Below are positions 17,131-27,817 of a DNA stretch of 64,000 bases, in pieces (the stretch's first letter is position 1; every line of letters begins with the position of its first letter). A model generated the notes under the pieces. The model made no database searches, was not told the DNA's origin, and worked only from the letters and a program-made list of their open reading frames with translations. A program made the translations under genes and the position numbers. Source of the DNA: an uncultured Clostridia bacterium (lineage in GTDB: Bacteria; Bacillota; Clostridia; TANB77; CAG-508); the NCBI GenBank assembly GCA_934168365.1, contig CAKPNJ010000006.1:937-64936 (forward strand), read 5' to 3'.

Positions 17131-17973
17131 TTATTTAGACTTCTTTTTTCTTGCTTTTTGTTGGTGATTTTTATAAATAATTCCAAAAACTATAGTTAAT
17201 ACTAAAAATAATCCTGAAATTCCTAGAATCCCTATATCATAGTTATCCAATTGAATGTTTGCATCTTCTTTAATCGCTGTTGTTTCAGTTGTATCGTTCT
17301 TCTTAGTATTGTCATACACAGTATCACTCGCTATTTCGTTATTCTCAGTCACTTCATTTTTTATAGTAGTTTGTGGTATATTCTCTTTCTTTTTTAGTAT
17401 TCTACTTGCAAATATAGTAACAGATATAATAAACATAGATAAATTGCTTAATAATATTTTTAAAGAATGAACAGCTTTATAATATCTCCATTGTATTGTT
17501 CCTATTGGTTCTCCTAGTATTTGCGATATTTGCCTAAATGATAGATTAGATATGACTTTTAGTGATACTATTTCTTGTTCTTTTTTATCTAGTACTGATA
17601 TTATCTTATTATATGATTCTTTGTCTTCTACATTAAATATATTGTCACATTCATCACTTATATAATAAATTTCATCTATATTAATTGTATTTTTTTGTTT
17701 CTTTAGAAAAGTTATAGCTTCATTTTTAGTTACAGCATATAGCCAACTTGCTTCATTTTTGTCTGGTAAAATTTCTTTATTCATTTTCCATATTTTTAAA
17801 AATACCATTTGTTTAATGTCTTCACTATTTTCTTTATTTTTTAATATCGAAAATGCTATTCTATATACCAAATTACTACATTCATTATATAATTCATTAA
17901 ATGCTTCTTCTTGCTTATTCATTTTTAGCTCTGCAAAAAGTTTATGCAATTCTTGTTTGTTTATAAATTTCAT
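17131..17973 (-). CDS. sigma-70 family (ECF-like) sigma factor fused to a C-terminal region containing two TM helices
   Basis: N-terminal sigma region 2/region 4 features (LSFRQISQILGEPIGTIQWRYYKAV). After them come the hydrophobic segments FIISVTIFASRIL and IGILGISGLFLVLTIVFGIIY. Confidence 0.55.
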   Translation of the reverse strand: MKFINKQELHKLFAELKMNKQEEAFNELYNECSNLVYRIAFSILKNKENSEDIKQMVFLKIWKMNKEILPDKNEASWLYAVTKNEAITFLKKQKNTINIDEIYYISDECDNIFNVEDKESYNKIISVLDKKEQEIVSLKVISNLSFRQISQILGEPIGTIQWRYYKAVHSLKILLSNLSMFIISVTIFASRILKKKENIPQTTIKNEVTENNEIASDTVYDNTKKNDTTETTAIKEDANIQLDNYDIGILGISGLFLVLTIVFGIIYKNHQQKARKKKSK

Positions 17974-18001
17974 AATATTTTACCCCTATTATTAAGTGCT
18001 C

Positions 18002-18778
18002 TTACCCTAGTGCTACATCTAAAATCATCATTATTACAAATCCAAGAGCAACTCCTATTGTTCCTATATTTGAATGTTCACCATTTTGAGATTCTGGTAT
18101 TAGCTCTTCAACAACTACATAAATCATAGCTCCTGCTGCAAATGATAATAAATATGGTAGTATTGGTACTACTGTGCTTGTAAGTAATATTGTAATAATT
18201 GCTCCTATTGGTTCTACTATGCCCGAAAGTGTTCCATACAAAAAGGCTTTTGATTTTGACATTCCTTCGCTTTTTAATGGCATTGATATAATTGCGCCTT
18301 CAGGAAAGTTTTGTATTGCAATTCCTATTGCTAAAGCAAATGCTCCTGCCATTGTTATTCCAGTATTTCCAATAAGTGCACCAGCAAATGTAACACCTAC
18401 TGCCATTCCTTCTGGTATATTGTGAAGTGTAACTGCAAATACCATCATTGTTGTTTTCTTAAGTTTTGCTTTTATTCCTTCTGTTTTATCATTATTTAAG
18501 TGTAAATGCGGAATTACACTATCAAGTACAAGTAAAAAGGCTATTCCTAGTATAAATCCAACTGCTGCTGGAATCCATGCTACTTTTCCTTGTTCACTTG
18601 CCATATCAATTGATGGTATAATTAAAGACCATATCGAAGCTGCAAGCATTACTCCTGATGCAAAACCTAATAGTAATTTTTCTACTTTTGAGTTCATCTT
18701 GTTTTTCATTAAAAATACCATTGCTGAGCCAAGTGTTGTTCCTAAAAAAGGTATTGCTAAACCTGTTACTAAATTCAT
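18002..18778 (-). CDS. zupT: ZIP-family metal transporter (ZupT-like)
   Basis: The HNIPEGMAVG and QNFPEGA motifs, and eight predicted TM helices. Confidence 0.8.
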   Translation of the reverse strand: MNLVTGLAIPFLGTTLGSAMVFLMKNKMNSKVEKLLLGFASGVMLAASIWSLIIPSIDMASEQGKVAWIPAAVGFILGIAFLLVLDSVIPHLHLNNDKTEGIKAKLKKTTMMVFAVTLHNIPEGMAVGVTFAGALIGNTGITMAGAFALAIGIAIQNFPEGAIISMPLKSEGMSKSKAFLYGTLSGIVEPIGAIITILLTSTVVPILPYLLSFAAGAMIYVVVEELIPESQNGEHSNIGTIGVALGFVIMMILDVALG

Positions 18779-18790
18779 AAAATCTCCTCC

Positions 18791-19441
18791 TTATTTATTT
18801 GTTTCTATAATAAATTTTAAATCTTCTATAGCCTTATCTATATTCATCATTCCATTTCCTATAGGATAATAAACTGGATATATTTTATAATTTTTCTTAC
18901 CTATTTCCTTAGAAAAGCTTTGTTTTCTGCATTGTGATACAGATATGTTTTTGTCTAAAACTATAGAACTTACTTGGTTTCCAAGTGTTATAATTATTTT
19001 AGGATTGATAATTTCTATCTCTTTGCAAAGTAAATCAAGATATTGACTATAAACTGAATTAGGCAGTACCCTTGCATCTGTTTGAGTACATTTTCCTAAA
19101 TTAGTAATGAAATATTTGTGTTTCTCTACATTTGAATATACCATATCAGCAAATTCTTCATCCCATTCTTGTGGTTTTTTTGAAATAATTCCTTGATATA
19201 TTTCTTCATCTAATAATCCAATTTTATAAAATAACTTCCATATATTTTTTGTACCTATCCAAGGTGATCTTCTTCCTTTCCATTGTGGGCATGAAGCAAT
19301 ATTTCTACCTGTTGGATTCATAAACACAAAGCAAATATTGGGATTTTTAGTGCACCCTCCATTATATATAGACATTAATTCTTTTGCTCCATATATTTTT
19401 TGTAACTTATCATATTCTACATTCAGTTCTTCTATTTTCAT
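18791..19441 (-). CDS. uracil-DNA glycosylase superfamily-like protein (family 4/5-like)
   Basis: The region ICFVFMNPTGRN ... FITNLGKC ... IIITLGNQV resembles the family-4 UDG layout. The assignment is moderate. Confidence 0.45.
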   Translation of the reverse strand: MKIEELNVEYDKLQKIYGAKELMSIYNGGCTKNPNICFVFMNPTGRNIASCPQWKGRRSPWIGTKNIWKLFYKIGLLDEEIYQGIISKKPQEWDEEFADMVYSNVEKHKYFITNLGKCTQTDARVLPNSVYSQYLDLLCKEIEIINPKIIITLGNQVSSIVLDKNISVSQCRKQSFSKEIGKKNYKIYPVYYPIGNGMMNIDKAIEDLKFIIETNK

Positions 19442-19482
19442 ATTTTTTCCTTTTAATTATTATTTGTTTTTTTTATATCACA

Positions 19483-19511
19483 AAAGCAAGTAATTTTCAA
19501 TTACTTGCTTT
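19483..19511. repeat. palindromic intergenic element, family copy e (aaagcaagtaatt-ttc-aattacttgcttt)
   Basis: A near-perfect 13-bp palindrome at the 3' end of the MATE fusion gene. Confidence 0.55.
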
Positions 19512-19515
19512 AGAT

Positions 19516-21483
19516 TTAAATTGATTTAATTATTTCTACAATATTATCTGCGGTCTTCTCGACACCATATTTGTCAACATTAAATGCAAAATCATAATTG
19601 TCGAAATTTTTCCATTCTCTATCAGTATAAAATTTATAGTGTTTTGCTCTTTCTTTATTTATTTTTTCAATTTCTTTTAATGCATTTTTTTCGTTTAGTC
19701 CATAATATTTAATAGCTCTCTCTTCTTTTGATTTCGAATCACTATATAGAAATATTTTTACACTGTCTTTATTATCTTTTAATATATAGTCTGCACATCT
19801 TCCAACTATAACACATGATTTTTTTGCTAAGTTATTTATTACTTCTTTTTCTGCGATAAATAATCTGTCATCATTATTGTTAATATATGTAGCCGACTTT
19901 TTCTTTTGGTCTATTTCTTCAATATATTGTTCTGAAAGTCCGGATTCTTTTGCAGATAAAGATATTAATTCCTTATCATAGAATGGAATACCTAATTTTT
20001 TAGAAACTAGTTTTCCAACAAACCTTCCTCCTGAGCCGTATTCTCTAGATATTGTAATAACTATATGTTTACCTTTATATGATGTATTTTGTTCTTGATT
20101 TTCTTCTACTTTTTCTTGTTTTGCTCCAAGCTTTTTATACTCTGATTTTAATATAAATATAGTTGATATAAAGCATAAAACATCTGATATACATCCTGCA
20201 TATAAAACTCCATATATTCCTTTATTAAATGCAAATGCTAATATTAGAGATATTGGTATTAGCAATATTATTTGTCTTATAAAGCTTACTGCAGTTGCTT
20301 TCCATACATGTCCTACAGATTGAATTACAATACTTGTTGTCATTTCTAAAGCATTTAATGCCATTACTAATAAAAAACTATGACACATAAGTGTAGCAAA
20401 TTCCATAAATAAATCATAAGATTCATCACTACTTGATATGAATATACCGGCTATTTGTTTAGGAAATAATACAAAGATTATATTGAATATTATTCCTATA
20501 ATAAAGTTAACAATTAATACATTTTTTATTGTTTCTTTTACTCTTAATTCATTTCCAGCACCATAGTTAAATCCAATAATTGGTTGTGATCCTATTGATA
20601 TTCCTAAAACTGTTGAAATATATAGGCTGTTTATTTTTGATATTACACCATATACAGATAATGGAATATCTGCTCCAAATTTTGTGTTTGCACCTAATTT
20701 AGTCATTATATTATTCATAAATATAAATAATATTAAAATAGTTGCTTGTGTTATAAATGAAGATAAACCTAATGATAATATTCTAAATATATTTTTATCT
20801 AGTTTAAAATCATCTTTAGTTAATTTTACAGATTTTATTTTTCCAATATATATAATTGCTATTAAAAATGATACTGCTTGTCCTATAACTGTTGCAATTG
20901 CTCCACCTTTTACTCCCATATTAAATCCAAAAATAAATATTGGATCTAATATTATATTTATAACTGCTCCTATTACTAACATTATCATTGAATATTTGGG
21001 TGATCCATCAGCTCTTATAATATTTGAAAGTGCTGAATATATTAGCATAAATGGAGCTCCTAGTATGATTATTTTTCCGTAATCAATAGCATAATTATAT
21101 ACACTATCTGTACAGCCAAATATGTATACTAATTGAGGTAAAAATATATAAGCAATTACACTAACTAATACAGATACTATTACTGACATACTTATTGCTT
21201 GCCCTATACTTTTAGCTGCCGATTTTTTATCATTTTCGCCTAATTTTAATGATAAATTTGCCGCTGCTCCATTTCCTATTAAACCTGCTAATGCATTGAA
21301 AATTATAACCAGTGGAAATATAACATTTGTTGCAGCATTTCCAAGTGTTCCTACTCCTTTTCCAATAAATATCTGATCAACAATATTGTAAACTGAATTT
21401 ATTAACATACTTATTACACAAGGTATAGCAAAAGCTAATAAAAGTTTACTGATTTTCTCTTTTCCCAAATCTAACTCTTTCAT
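19516..21483 (-). CDS. MATE-family efflux transporter fused to a C-terminal cytidylate-kinase-like (PF13189-type) domain
   Basis: 655 aa. The N-terminal roughly 450 aa are 12-TM MATE-like. The C-terminal part, HIVITISREYGSGGRFVGKLVSKKLGIPFYDKELI, matches the start of stand-alone cytidylate-kinase-like proteins. Confidence 0.65.
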   Translation of the reverse strand: MKELDLGKEKISKLLLAFAIPCVISMLINSVYNIVDQIFIGKGVGTLGNAATNVIFPLVIIFNALAGLIGNGAAANLSLKLGENDKKSAAKSIGQAISMSVIVSVLVSVIAYIFLPQLVYIFGCTDSVYNYAIDYGKIIILGAPFMLIYSALSNIIRADGSPKYSMIMLVIGAVINIILDPIFIFGFNMGVKGGAIATVIGQAVSFLIAIIYIGKIKSVKLTKDDFKLDKNIFRILSLGLSSFITQATILILFIFMNNIMTKLGANTKFGADIPLSVYGVISKINSLYISTVLGISIGSQPIIGFNYGAGNELRVKETIKNVLIVNFIIGIIFNIIFVLFPKQIAGIFISSSDESYDLFMEFATLMCHSFLLVMALNALEMTTSIVIQSVGHVWKATAVSFIRQIILLIPISLILAFAFNKGIYGVLYAGCISDVLCFISTIFILKSEYKKLGAKQEKVEENQEQNTSYKGKHIVITISREYGSGGRFVGKLVSKKLGIPFYDKELISLSAKESGLSEQYIEEIDQKKKSATYINNNDDRLFIAEKEVINNLAKKSCVIVGRCADYILKDNKDSVKIFLYSDSKSKEERAIKYYGLNEKNALKEIEKINKERAKHYKFYTDREWKNFDNYDFAFNVDKYGVEKTADNIVEIIKSI

Positions 21484-21568
21484 AATTCTCTCCTTCTTAA
21501 TTTTTTGCGAACTTATAAATTATATCATAAAAAAATTTTTTGTGTAAGTTTTTATTCTTAAAAAGTCG

Positions 21569-21599
21569 AAAAAAACGAATAACCAAGTATTCGTTTTTT
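21569..21599. terminator. bidirectional intrinsic terminator
   Basis: aaaaaacgaata-accaag-tattcgtttttt. Confidence 0.55.
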
Positions 21600-21699
21600 A
21601 ACTTTATTATCATTTAAACGTTACCCCTACTTCATTCAATGATATTCTTTTATAGTTGCTCAATCCATACTTCTATCTCTTTTTCAGGTGTAACAAAAC

Positions 21700-22116
21700 T
21701 TAATATTTAATTCCATCTCTCAAATATACCTTTATTTGTTTTATGATATGAGGAATATTATAGTTACCTGCAAATTTTTCATTCTTTAATAATTCTTCAT
21801 TTATAGTTACCCATTCAAGTTTATTTTTTTCTTCTACCAAAGTTACTTCATTTTTTAATATTCCATAATATACTTGTAAATTATTTTCATATTTAAAGTA
21901 ATTTAAATCCATAAAATGGTCTAACTCAATATCATTACTGCTTATTCCTGTTTCTTCAAATAGCTCTCTATAAGCCGCTTCATCATTTGGTTCATTTTCT
22001 TCTACTTTGCCTCCAACAAAATTATATAAACCTTTGTATGGCTCTTTTGCTCTAATACAAAATAGAGCTTTTGTTAAATCTTTATTAAATACTACTATTA
22101 AATTAAATCTTTTCAT
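21700..22116 (-). CDS. NUDIX hydrolase
   Basis: The Nudix box GGKVEENEPNDEAAYRELFEETGI. Confidence 0.75.
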   Translation of the reverse strand: MKRFNLIVVFNKDLTKALFCIRAKEPYKGLYNFVGGKVEENEPNDEAAYRELFEETGISSNDIELDHFMDLNYFKYENNLQVYYGILKNEVTLVEEKNKLEWVTINEELLKNEKFAGNYNIPHIIKQIKVYLRDGIKY

Positions 22117-22131
22117 AATTTCACTCCTATT

Positions 22132-22911
22132 TTATTTTGCAGTTCCTATATTAATTTTTTTTGCTACTTTTCTATTTAATTTCAGACTTCCAAATCTTGT
22201 TGCAAATGCTATCAATTTATTATGAAATCCAACTACATATACTGCTTTGTTTTTCATCATTGCTTTATAGCTTTTTTCTGCAACTTCTTTAGCTGTATCC
22301 ACTTTCATCTTTTTAAACATATATGATTTTTTCATTGATGCTCTTTCTTCAAATTTTGTTTTAGTTGGTCCTGGGCAAATTGCAGTTACAACTACTCCTT
22401 GGTCTTTTAGCTCTTCATATAATCCTTCTGAAAAAGAACGTACAAATGCTTTTGAAGCATAATACATTGTCATAAATGGTCCTGGTTCAAATGAAGCAAT
22501 TGATGCAATATTCATAATTCTTCCACTTTTTCTTTTTGCCATATCTTGTCCAAACATATATGATAATTGCATAACAGCCATCATATTTACCATTGCAAGA
22601 TTTTTTTGTTTTTGCCATTCAACATCAATATAATTTCCATAGGTTGCAAATCCAGCATTATTTATCAATATATCTATTTCTATATTACTTGCTTTAACTT
22701 CATTATATATTTCTGAATAGCTTTCTTCTATGCTTAAATCTTTTACGATATATTTTACAGATATATTATATTTACTCTCTAAAGTTTGCTTTTGCTCTTT
22801 TAATTTTTCTTCATTCATTGCTACTGTTATCAAATTATATCCCTTTTCAGCAAATAATTCTGCAAACTCTTTCCCAATACCACTTGTAGTTCCTGTAATT
22901 AACGTATACAT
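22132..22911 (-). CDS. SDR-family short-chain dehydrogenase/reductase
   Basis: TGTTSGIGKEFA (the Rossmann TGxxxGIG motif) and YYASK (the catalytic YxxxK). Confidence 0.8.
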   Translation of the reverse strand: MYTLITGTTSGIGKEFAELFAEKGYNLITVAMNEEKLKEQKQTLESKYNISVKYIVKDLSIEESYSEIYNEVKASNIEIDILINNAGFATYGNYIDVEWQKQKNLAMVNMMAVMQLSYMFGQDMAKRKSGRIMNIASIASFEPGPFMTMYYASKAFVRSFSEGLYEELKDQGVVVTAICPGPTKTKFEERASMKKSYMFKKMKVDTAKEVAEKSYKAMMKNKAVYVVGFHNKLIAFATRFGSLKLNRKVAKKINIGTAK

Positions 22912-22947
22912 ATTCCTTTCCTTCTTTCTTGTCTATTTTATATCATA

Positions 22948-22976
22948 AAAGCAGATAATTTTCAATTACCTGCTTT
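22948..22976. repeat. palindromic intergenic element, family copy f (aaagcagataatt-ttc-aattacctgcttt)
   Basis: 13-bp arms with one mismatch. Confidence 0.55.
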
Positions 22977-22989
22977 CATTTTACCTCTC

Positions 22990-23685
22990 TTAATTTTTAT
23001 TATGCTCTATACCTGATGTTTTTTCTCTTAAATTTGCTACTATTCCATTTTTCTTTTCTTGCCATTGCTTTGAATTTATTTGTTCAAATCTTATTAATGC
23101 AGTTCCAATGTTTTTATCATGTCCAAAAATGTGTGTGGCAAGTTGAGCTTCTGGAGTTTCTTGTACAAACTTTTCATCACTAAGCTGTTTTTTACTATAT
23201 GAATGGGTTGTAAAGTCTAATTCTTCTAAAAATTTCATCTCTCTTTTTATTACTGCTGGAGATATCATATATATACTATCTTTATCTTTAAACCTATAAA
23301 AACCTCCATCTCGCATTTCTTTTATTTTATTAATTGCATCTAATAACTGTAAGTTGACTAGAGCTATTGTTTTTGATATTCCATTTTGGGCCATTAGTTC
23401 ATGTAAGTCTGTTGGTAAGTGTAAATGAATACAATTACTTGATATTCCATAAGTAAACATATCATTAATAGGATATTTTTCATCATTTCTACTTTGAGAA
23501 ATTTCTTCTATTTTCTTTGACAATTTTTCTCTTATATTCTCTTCATTGTTTCCAAATCTTTCTGTAATTTGCTCAATTTCAGTATCACTTTTCATATCTA
23601 ATTGACCAAGTAAATGATTTACTGCTATTTCGTTTTCTGGTGTTCTCATTGATATTAAAATATTTTTCACTTCTTTTTTATTCAT
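22990..23685 (-). CDS. hypothetical protein
   Basis: 231-aa ORF; no motif recognised. Confidence 0.3.
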   Translation of the reverse strand: MNKKEVKNILISMRTPENEIAVNHLLGQLDMKSDTEIEQITERFGNNEENIREKLSKKIEEISQSRNDEKYPINDMFTYGISSNCIHLHLPTDLHELMAQNGISKTIALVNLQLLDAINKIKEMRDGGFYRFKDKDSIYMISPAVIKREMKFLEELDFTTHSYSKKQLSDEKFVQETPEAQLATHIFGHDKNIGTALIRFEQINSKQWQEKKNGIVANLREKTSGIEHNKN

Positions 23686-23750
23686 TATAATATCACTTCC
23701 CTTTTACTAATTATAACATAAATAGCAAAATTTAGTAAATAATTCATGTT

Positions 23751-24482
23751 TTATTTATTATCACTGATCATTTTTCTTTTAAACACTATTATTGATATTG
23801 CTAAAATTGCAATTGTGTATATTAAAAATACTATTATATTTCTTAGGCTTATTATTTGAATGTTATTGTTCATTATTCCTTTTATAATTTTTACACAACT
23901 TTCGAATGGAAGTATGTTGCATATTTTTGCAAATACATCTCCTAACATTTCTTTTGGAAAATACATTTCTCCTGTAAAGCATACTAATTGTACTACAATA
24001 CTTGATATTCCCGATGATGCTTTTTCTGTAAATGTGCTTCCTATCAATATTCCTATTGCTATAAATAATATTGCAATAACGATAGATACCAAAATTGCCA
24101 ATATGATGTTTATGCTAAAGCTTAATCCTAAGATTATGGCTAATATAAAAAATAATACATTTTGAATAATTATTATTGGAATTATTGAGATTATATAGCC
24201 TAATATATATTCCACTGGTTTCATTGGACTTGTGCCAAGTCTAATTAGTAATGATGTACTTCTGTCTTTTGCAACAAGCATAGCTGTAAAAAGTGTTAAA
24301 AAAGAAAATCCAAAAATAATTATTCCTGGTGTAAAGTTTTCTAATTTATAGTTTTCACTTGGTATATTAAATTGTTGAAATATAAAAAGTAAAAATAATG
24401 GCAATAGAATTGCAAATATTATACTTAATGGATCTCTTATTATTTCTTTAAAATTTCTTTTGGCAAAGTTTATTATTCTCAT
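23751..24482 (-). CDS. ABC-2 type transporter permease
   Basis: Six TM helices. It overlaps the ATPase gene by 4 nt. Confidence 0.6.
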   Translation of the reverse strand: MRIINFAKRNFKEIIRDPLSIIFAILLPLFLLFIFQQFNIPSENYKLENFTPGIIIFGFSFLTLFTAMLVAKDRSTSLLIRLGTSPMKPVEYILGYIISIIPIIIIQNVLFFILAIILGLSFSINIILAILVSIVIAILFIAIGILIGSTFTEKASSGISSIVVQLVCFTGEMYFPKEMLGDVFAKICNILPFESCVKIIKGIMNNNIQIISLRNIIVFLIYTIAILAISIIVFKRKMISDNK

Positions 24483-25201
24483 AATTCTCCTCCTGTTGCT
24501 ATTTTTACAAAAGCATCTTCAAAATCTTTTGCATTTGATTTTTCTATTAACTCTTTTGGAGTTCCTACATCTATTAAGCTTCCTTTTGCCATTATTCCAA
24601 CTCTATCTGATAAACTTTCTGCTTCTTCCATATAATGTGTAGTTAGTATAATTGTTATTTTTCCTTTTTGACTTTCTATAATACTCCATAATTCTCTTCT
24701 TGCAATAACATCTAAGCCTAATGTAGGTTCGTCAAGAAATAGTATTTGTGGATTATTTATTAAAGCCATTGCAATAGATACTTTTCTTTGCCATCCTCCA
24801 GATAAAGTTTTTGCCTTTTGATTTAGCACTTCTTCTAGTTTAAATGTTTTTACTAATTCATCAATTTTTTCTTTTGGATTTTTTATCTGATATACTCCTG
24901 CTATAAATTCCAAATTCTCTTTTACAGATAAGTTCATTGCAATTGCAGTTTCTTGTGGTGATACATTTAAAATTTCTTTTATTTTTTGTTTGTCTTTATT
25001 TATATCTAATCCATTTATTCTTATGTTTCCACTAGTAGGTAAAATCAAGGTAGATAGCATTTTTATTGTAGTGGTCTTTCCTGCTCCATTTGTACCTAAC
25101 AAAGCAAAAAGCTCTCCTTGTTTTATTTTTAAACTAACATTATTAACTGCTGTTTTTTCTTTAAATTTTTTAGTTAGATTTTCAATTTCAATTGAATACA
25201 T
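24479..25201 (-). CDS. ABC transporter ATP-binding protein
   Basis: Walker A GTNGAGKTT, the LSGGWQRK signature, and Walker B ILFLDEPTLGLD. Confidence 0.85.
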   Translation of the reverse strand: MYSIEIENLTKKFKEKTAVNNVSLKIKQGELFALLGTNGAGKTTTIKMLSTLILPTSGNIRINGLDINKDKQKIKEILNVSPQETAIAMNLSVKENLEFIAGVYQIKNPKEKIDELVKTFKLEEVLNQKAKTLSGGWQRKVSIAMALINNPQILFLDEPTLGLDVIARRELWSIIESQKGKITIILTTHYMEEAESLSDRVGIMAKGSLIDVGTPKELIEKSNAKDFEDAFVKIATGGEL

Positions 25202-25203
25202 TT

Positions 25204-25407
25204 TTACTCATCTCCTTTTTGGAATATTTTATTTGATAAATCTTCAATAATATCAGACTTTACTAAAACTATTCCTTGTTTTTTATCACATAAAACAACA
25301 ATTGAATCTCCTGGATTTATATTAAACATTTCTCTTGCTTCCTTTGGTATTACAATTTGTCCCTTTTCACCAACTTTGCAAATACCAACATATTTATCTT
25401 TATTCAT
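25204..25407 (-). CDS. AbrB/MazE/SpoVT-family DNA-binding protein
   Basis: 67 aa; KVGEKGQIVIPKEARE, the swapped-hairpin motif. Confidence 0.6.
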   Translation of the reverse strand: MNKDKYVGICKVGEKGQIVIPKEAREMFNINPGDSIVVLCDKKQGIVLVKSDIIEDLSNKIFQKGDE

Positions 25408-25467
25408 AATTTTCTCCTTTCGGCTCAGTTATACTTTTCGTACTTATTATACTTTACCGACATTAAA

Positions 25468-25495
25468 AAAGCAACATCTTTTTAAAATGTTGCTT
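25468..25495. terminator. intrinsic terminator downstream of the DUF898 gene
   Basis: aaagcaacat-loop-atgttgctt with a flanking A-run. Confidence 0.45.
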
Positions 25496-25502
25496 GAATA
25501 TT

Positions 25503-26891
25503 TTAATATGAAATGTTTTTAGTGTTGCCATCTTTTAATAATACTTTTAAATATCTTTTACCATTTTCTATTCCTAAAAACTCTGCAACTGAACTTGCAA
25601 CTTTAGTTTTAGTTTGATTTGGATTACCAGAACTTGGATTATGTATTACATACAAGTCGTTATTTTTAGTTATATAATATAGGTCAATTTTACTACCACT
25701 AGAAACTTTATATAAATATTTTGCATTAGTTCCTTCAATTAGTATTGCTCCTGTACTTTCGCTTATTGCAATTCCATTGCCTTCAATACTTGCTACTAAA
25801 TCACTTGTATGGTCTGGTGCTCCTTCAGTTGCAACATAATCAATTAGTGTTACAGTTGTATATCTTTTAAAGTCTTTTGTAGTATATGTTACTTTATTGG
25901 TATTTGAACTTGTACTACTACTGTTTTCGGTTGAGTTTGTATTATTTGAATTTGCATTATTATTTGTATTTGAGTTAATATTTTTATTTGGTGTATTTAT
26001 TGTTGCAATTTGCTTATTACCACTTGATGGTATTTTTTCATCTTTATTAAATATTTCTTCAAAATCAATGCCATCATCCATAATTTTATCAAAATCAACA
26101 TTTTTGTATGTAAAAGACACCACTCCTACAATTAACATAATCGCTAATATTATTCCTAATACAGCTGGAGCCATTGATGTTTTTGGCTCTTCTTCATCTT
26201 TTAGTTTTATGTGTGTGTTTTTAGCTTTCCAGTTTTCGATTTTTATTGGTAGCCATAGTCCAAAAATTCCAAATGTGATAATACATAAAAACCACCATAA
26301 TAGATAATTTCCTATTAAACTTAATGATTTTCCTGTAAATATTATTTTTTTGCGGTTTATAATAGTATGTTTTGCAAACCATCTTTGTCTATAACATACT
26401 ACAAATGGATATAATAGACCAAATGAAATAAAGGTTAATATTTTGCTAAATAAGTTTACTCCAATTATTCCTAGTACTCCACCATCAAAGTAACTGTCTC
26501 CTTTGACAAATTCTTCTTTTTCAAAATGAATATTTGAAACTATCCATTGTTCTTTTTTAATTGGAACCCAAAAGCCATAAATTCCTAAAGTGATAATTGT
26601 AAGGAAAATCCATTTGAATTTTTGTACAAATAAAGATGCTCCTGTACCCTCAAATTTAAGTCTTTTTCCATTGTATACTGTATGATCTATAGTATACGCA
26701 ATAAGTAATTTTTCTGCCCAAGCATGGGCAATTCCCAATGTTACAGCAGTTATGATAAATGCTAAAATCCTGTAACCTAACCATTCTAATACCTTTCCAT
26801 CAAAGTATGAATCTGTTCTTTCTGCTTGTTTTACTTTTTGAATTTCATCATATTGTGTGTCTGCTATTTGTTCGTTCTTTTGTTCCTCCAT
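25503..26891 (-). CDS. DUF898 (YjgN-like) membrane protein with a low-complexity N/S/T-rich linker and a C-terminal extracellular domain
   Basis: Two repeats of SYFDG...LG...W.P. The linker reads NTPNKNINSNTNNNANSNNTNSTENSSSTSSNTN. Confidence 0.5.
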   Translation of the reverse strand: MEEQKNEQIADTQYDEIQKVKQAERTDSYFDGKVLEWLGYRILAFIITAVTLGIAHAWAEKLLIAYTIDHTVYNGKRLKFEGTGASLFVQKFKWIFLTIITLGIYGFWVPIKKEQWIVSNIHFEKEEFVKGDSYFDGGVLGIIGVNLFSKILTFISFGLLYPFVVCYRQRWFAKHTIINRKKIIFTGKSLSLIGNYLLWWFLCIITFGIFGLWLPIKIENWKAKNTHIKLKDEEEPKTSMAPAVLGIILAIMLIVGVVSFTYKNVDFDKIMDDGIDFEEIFNKDEKIPSSGNKQIATINTPNKNINSNTNNNANSNNTNSTENSSSTSSNTNKVTYTTKDFKRYTTVTLIDYVATEGAPDHTSDLVASIEGNGIAISESTGAILIEGTNAKYLYKVSSGSKIDLYYITKNNDLYVIHNPSSGNPNQTKTKVASSVAEFLGIENGKRYLKVLLKDGNTKNISY

Positions 26892-27009
26892 TATAAATTT
26901 CCCCCTTTTTTATATACAATATATATATCATAACTATTATTTTTTTACAAGTAAATCACAAAAATAAGGTCGAATTTTAGAATTCAACCTTATCCTAATT
27001 GCTTAATTT

Positions 27010-27816
27010 TTATCCTAACGCAACATCTAATACCATCATTAAAACAAAACCAAAAATTAAACCAAAAGTAGATAAATTTTTATTGCCAATTATTGATTCT
27101 GGCAAAAGCTCTCTTGCAACTACTATTATCATTGCTCCTGCTGCAAATGATAATAAAAATGGTAACATACTTCTTATATACATTACAAGTATTGCACCTA
27201 TCACAGCTGATACAGGTTCAACTAAAGCCGATGCCTGCCCTATCATAAAGCTTTTGAATCTTGAATATCCTTCTGTACGAAGTGGCAATGATACAGCCGC
27301 CCCTTCTGGAAAGTTTTGTATTCCTATGCCAAGTGCCAACATAACTGCACCAATTAGTGTCATTCCTGGCACTCCACTTGCTATTCCTCCAAAAGCTACA
27401 CCTACTGCCATTCCTTCTGGTATATTGTGAATTGTAATTGCTGCTATTAAAAGTATGCTTCTCTTTAATGATCCTTTACCATTTATGCTTTTTCTATTTT
27501 TTAGCATTTTATCCAAGAACTTATCTGATATTAACACAAACAACCCACCTGTAATAAATCCAATAGTCGGTAACGCCCATGCTATGTATCCAAGTTCTTG
27601 TGATAAATCAATTGATGGTTCTAATAAAGACCAAAATGCTGCTGCAATCATTACTCCTGCACTAAAGCCTAATATTGCATTTAATATTTTACTATTTACT
27701 TCTTTGAAGAAGCAAACTACAAGAGCTCCTAATGCTGTTACTCCCCACGTAAATGTTGTTGCTAGTAATGCTTGAATTACTGGGTTTAATGTTTCAAACC
27801 AATCCAATTTATTCAC
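27010..27816 (-). CDS. ZIP-family metal transporter (ZupT-like), paralogue of 18002-18778
   Basis: HNIPEGMAVG and QNFPEGA; about 50% identical to the other copy. The start codon is uncertain (GTG at 27816 or TTG three codons in). Confidence 0.8.
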   Translation of the reverse strand: MNKLDWFETLNPVIQALLATTFTWGVTALGALVVCFFKEVNSKILNAILGFSAGVMIAAAFWSLLEPSIDLSQELGYIAWALPTIGFITGGLFVLISDKFLDKMLKNRKSINGKGSLKRSILLIAAITIHNIPEGMAVGVAFGGIASGVPGMTLIGAVMLALGIGIQNFPEGAAVSLPLRTEGYSRFKSFMIGQASALVEPVSAVIGAILVMYIRSMLPFLLSFAAGAMIIVVARELLPESIIGNKNLSTFGLIFGFVLMMVLDVALG

Positions 27817-27817
27817 C

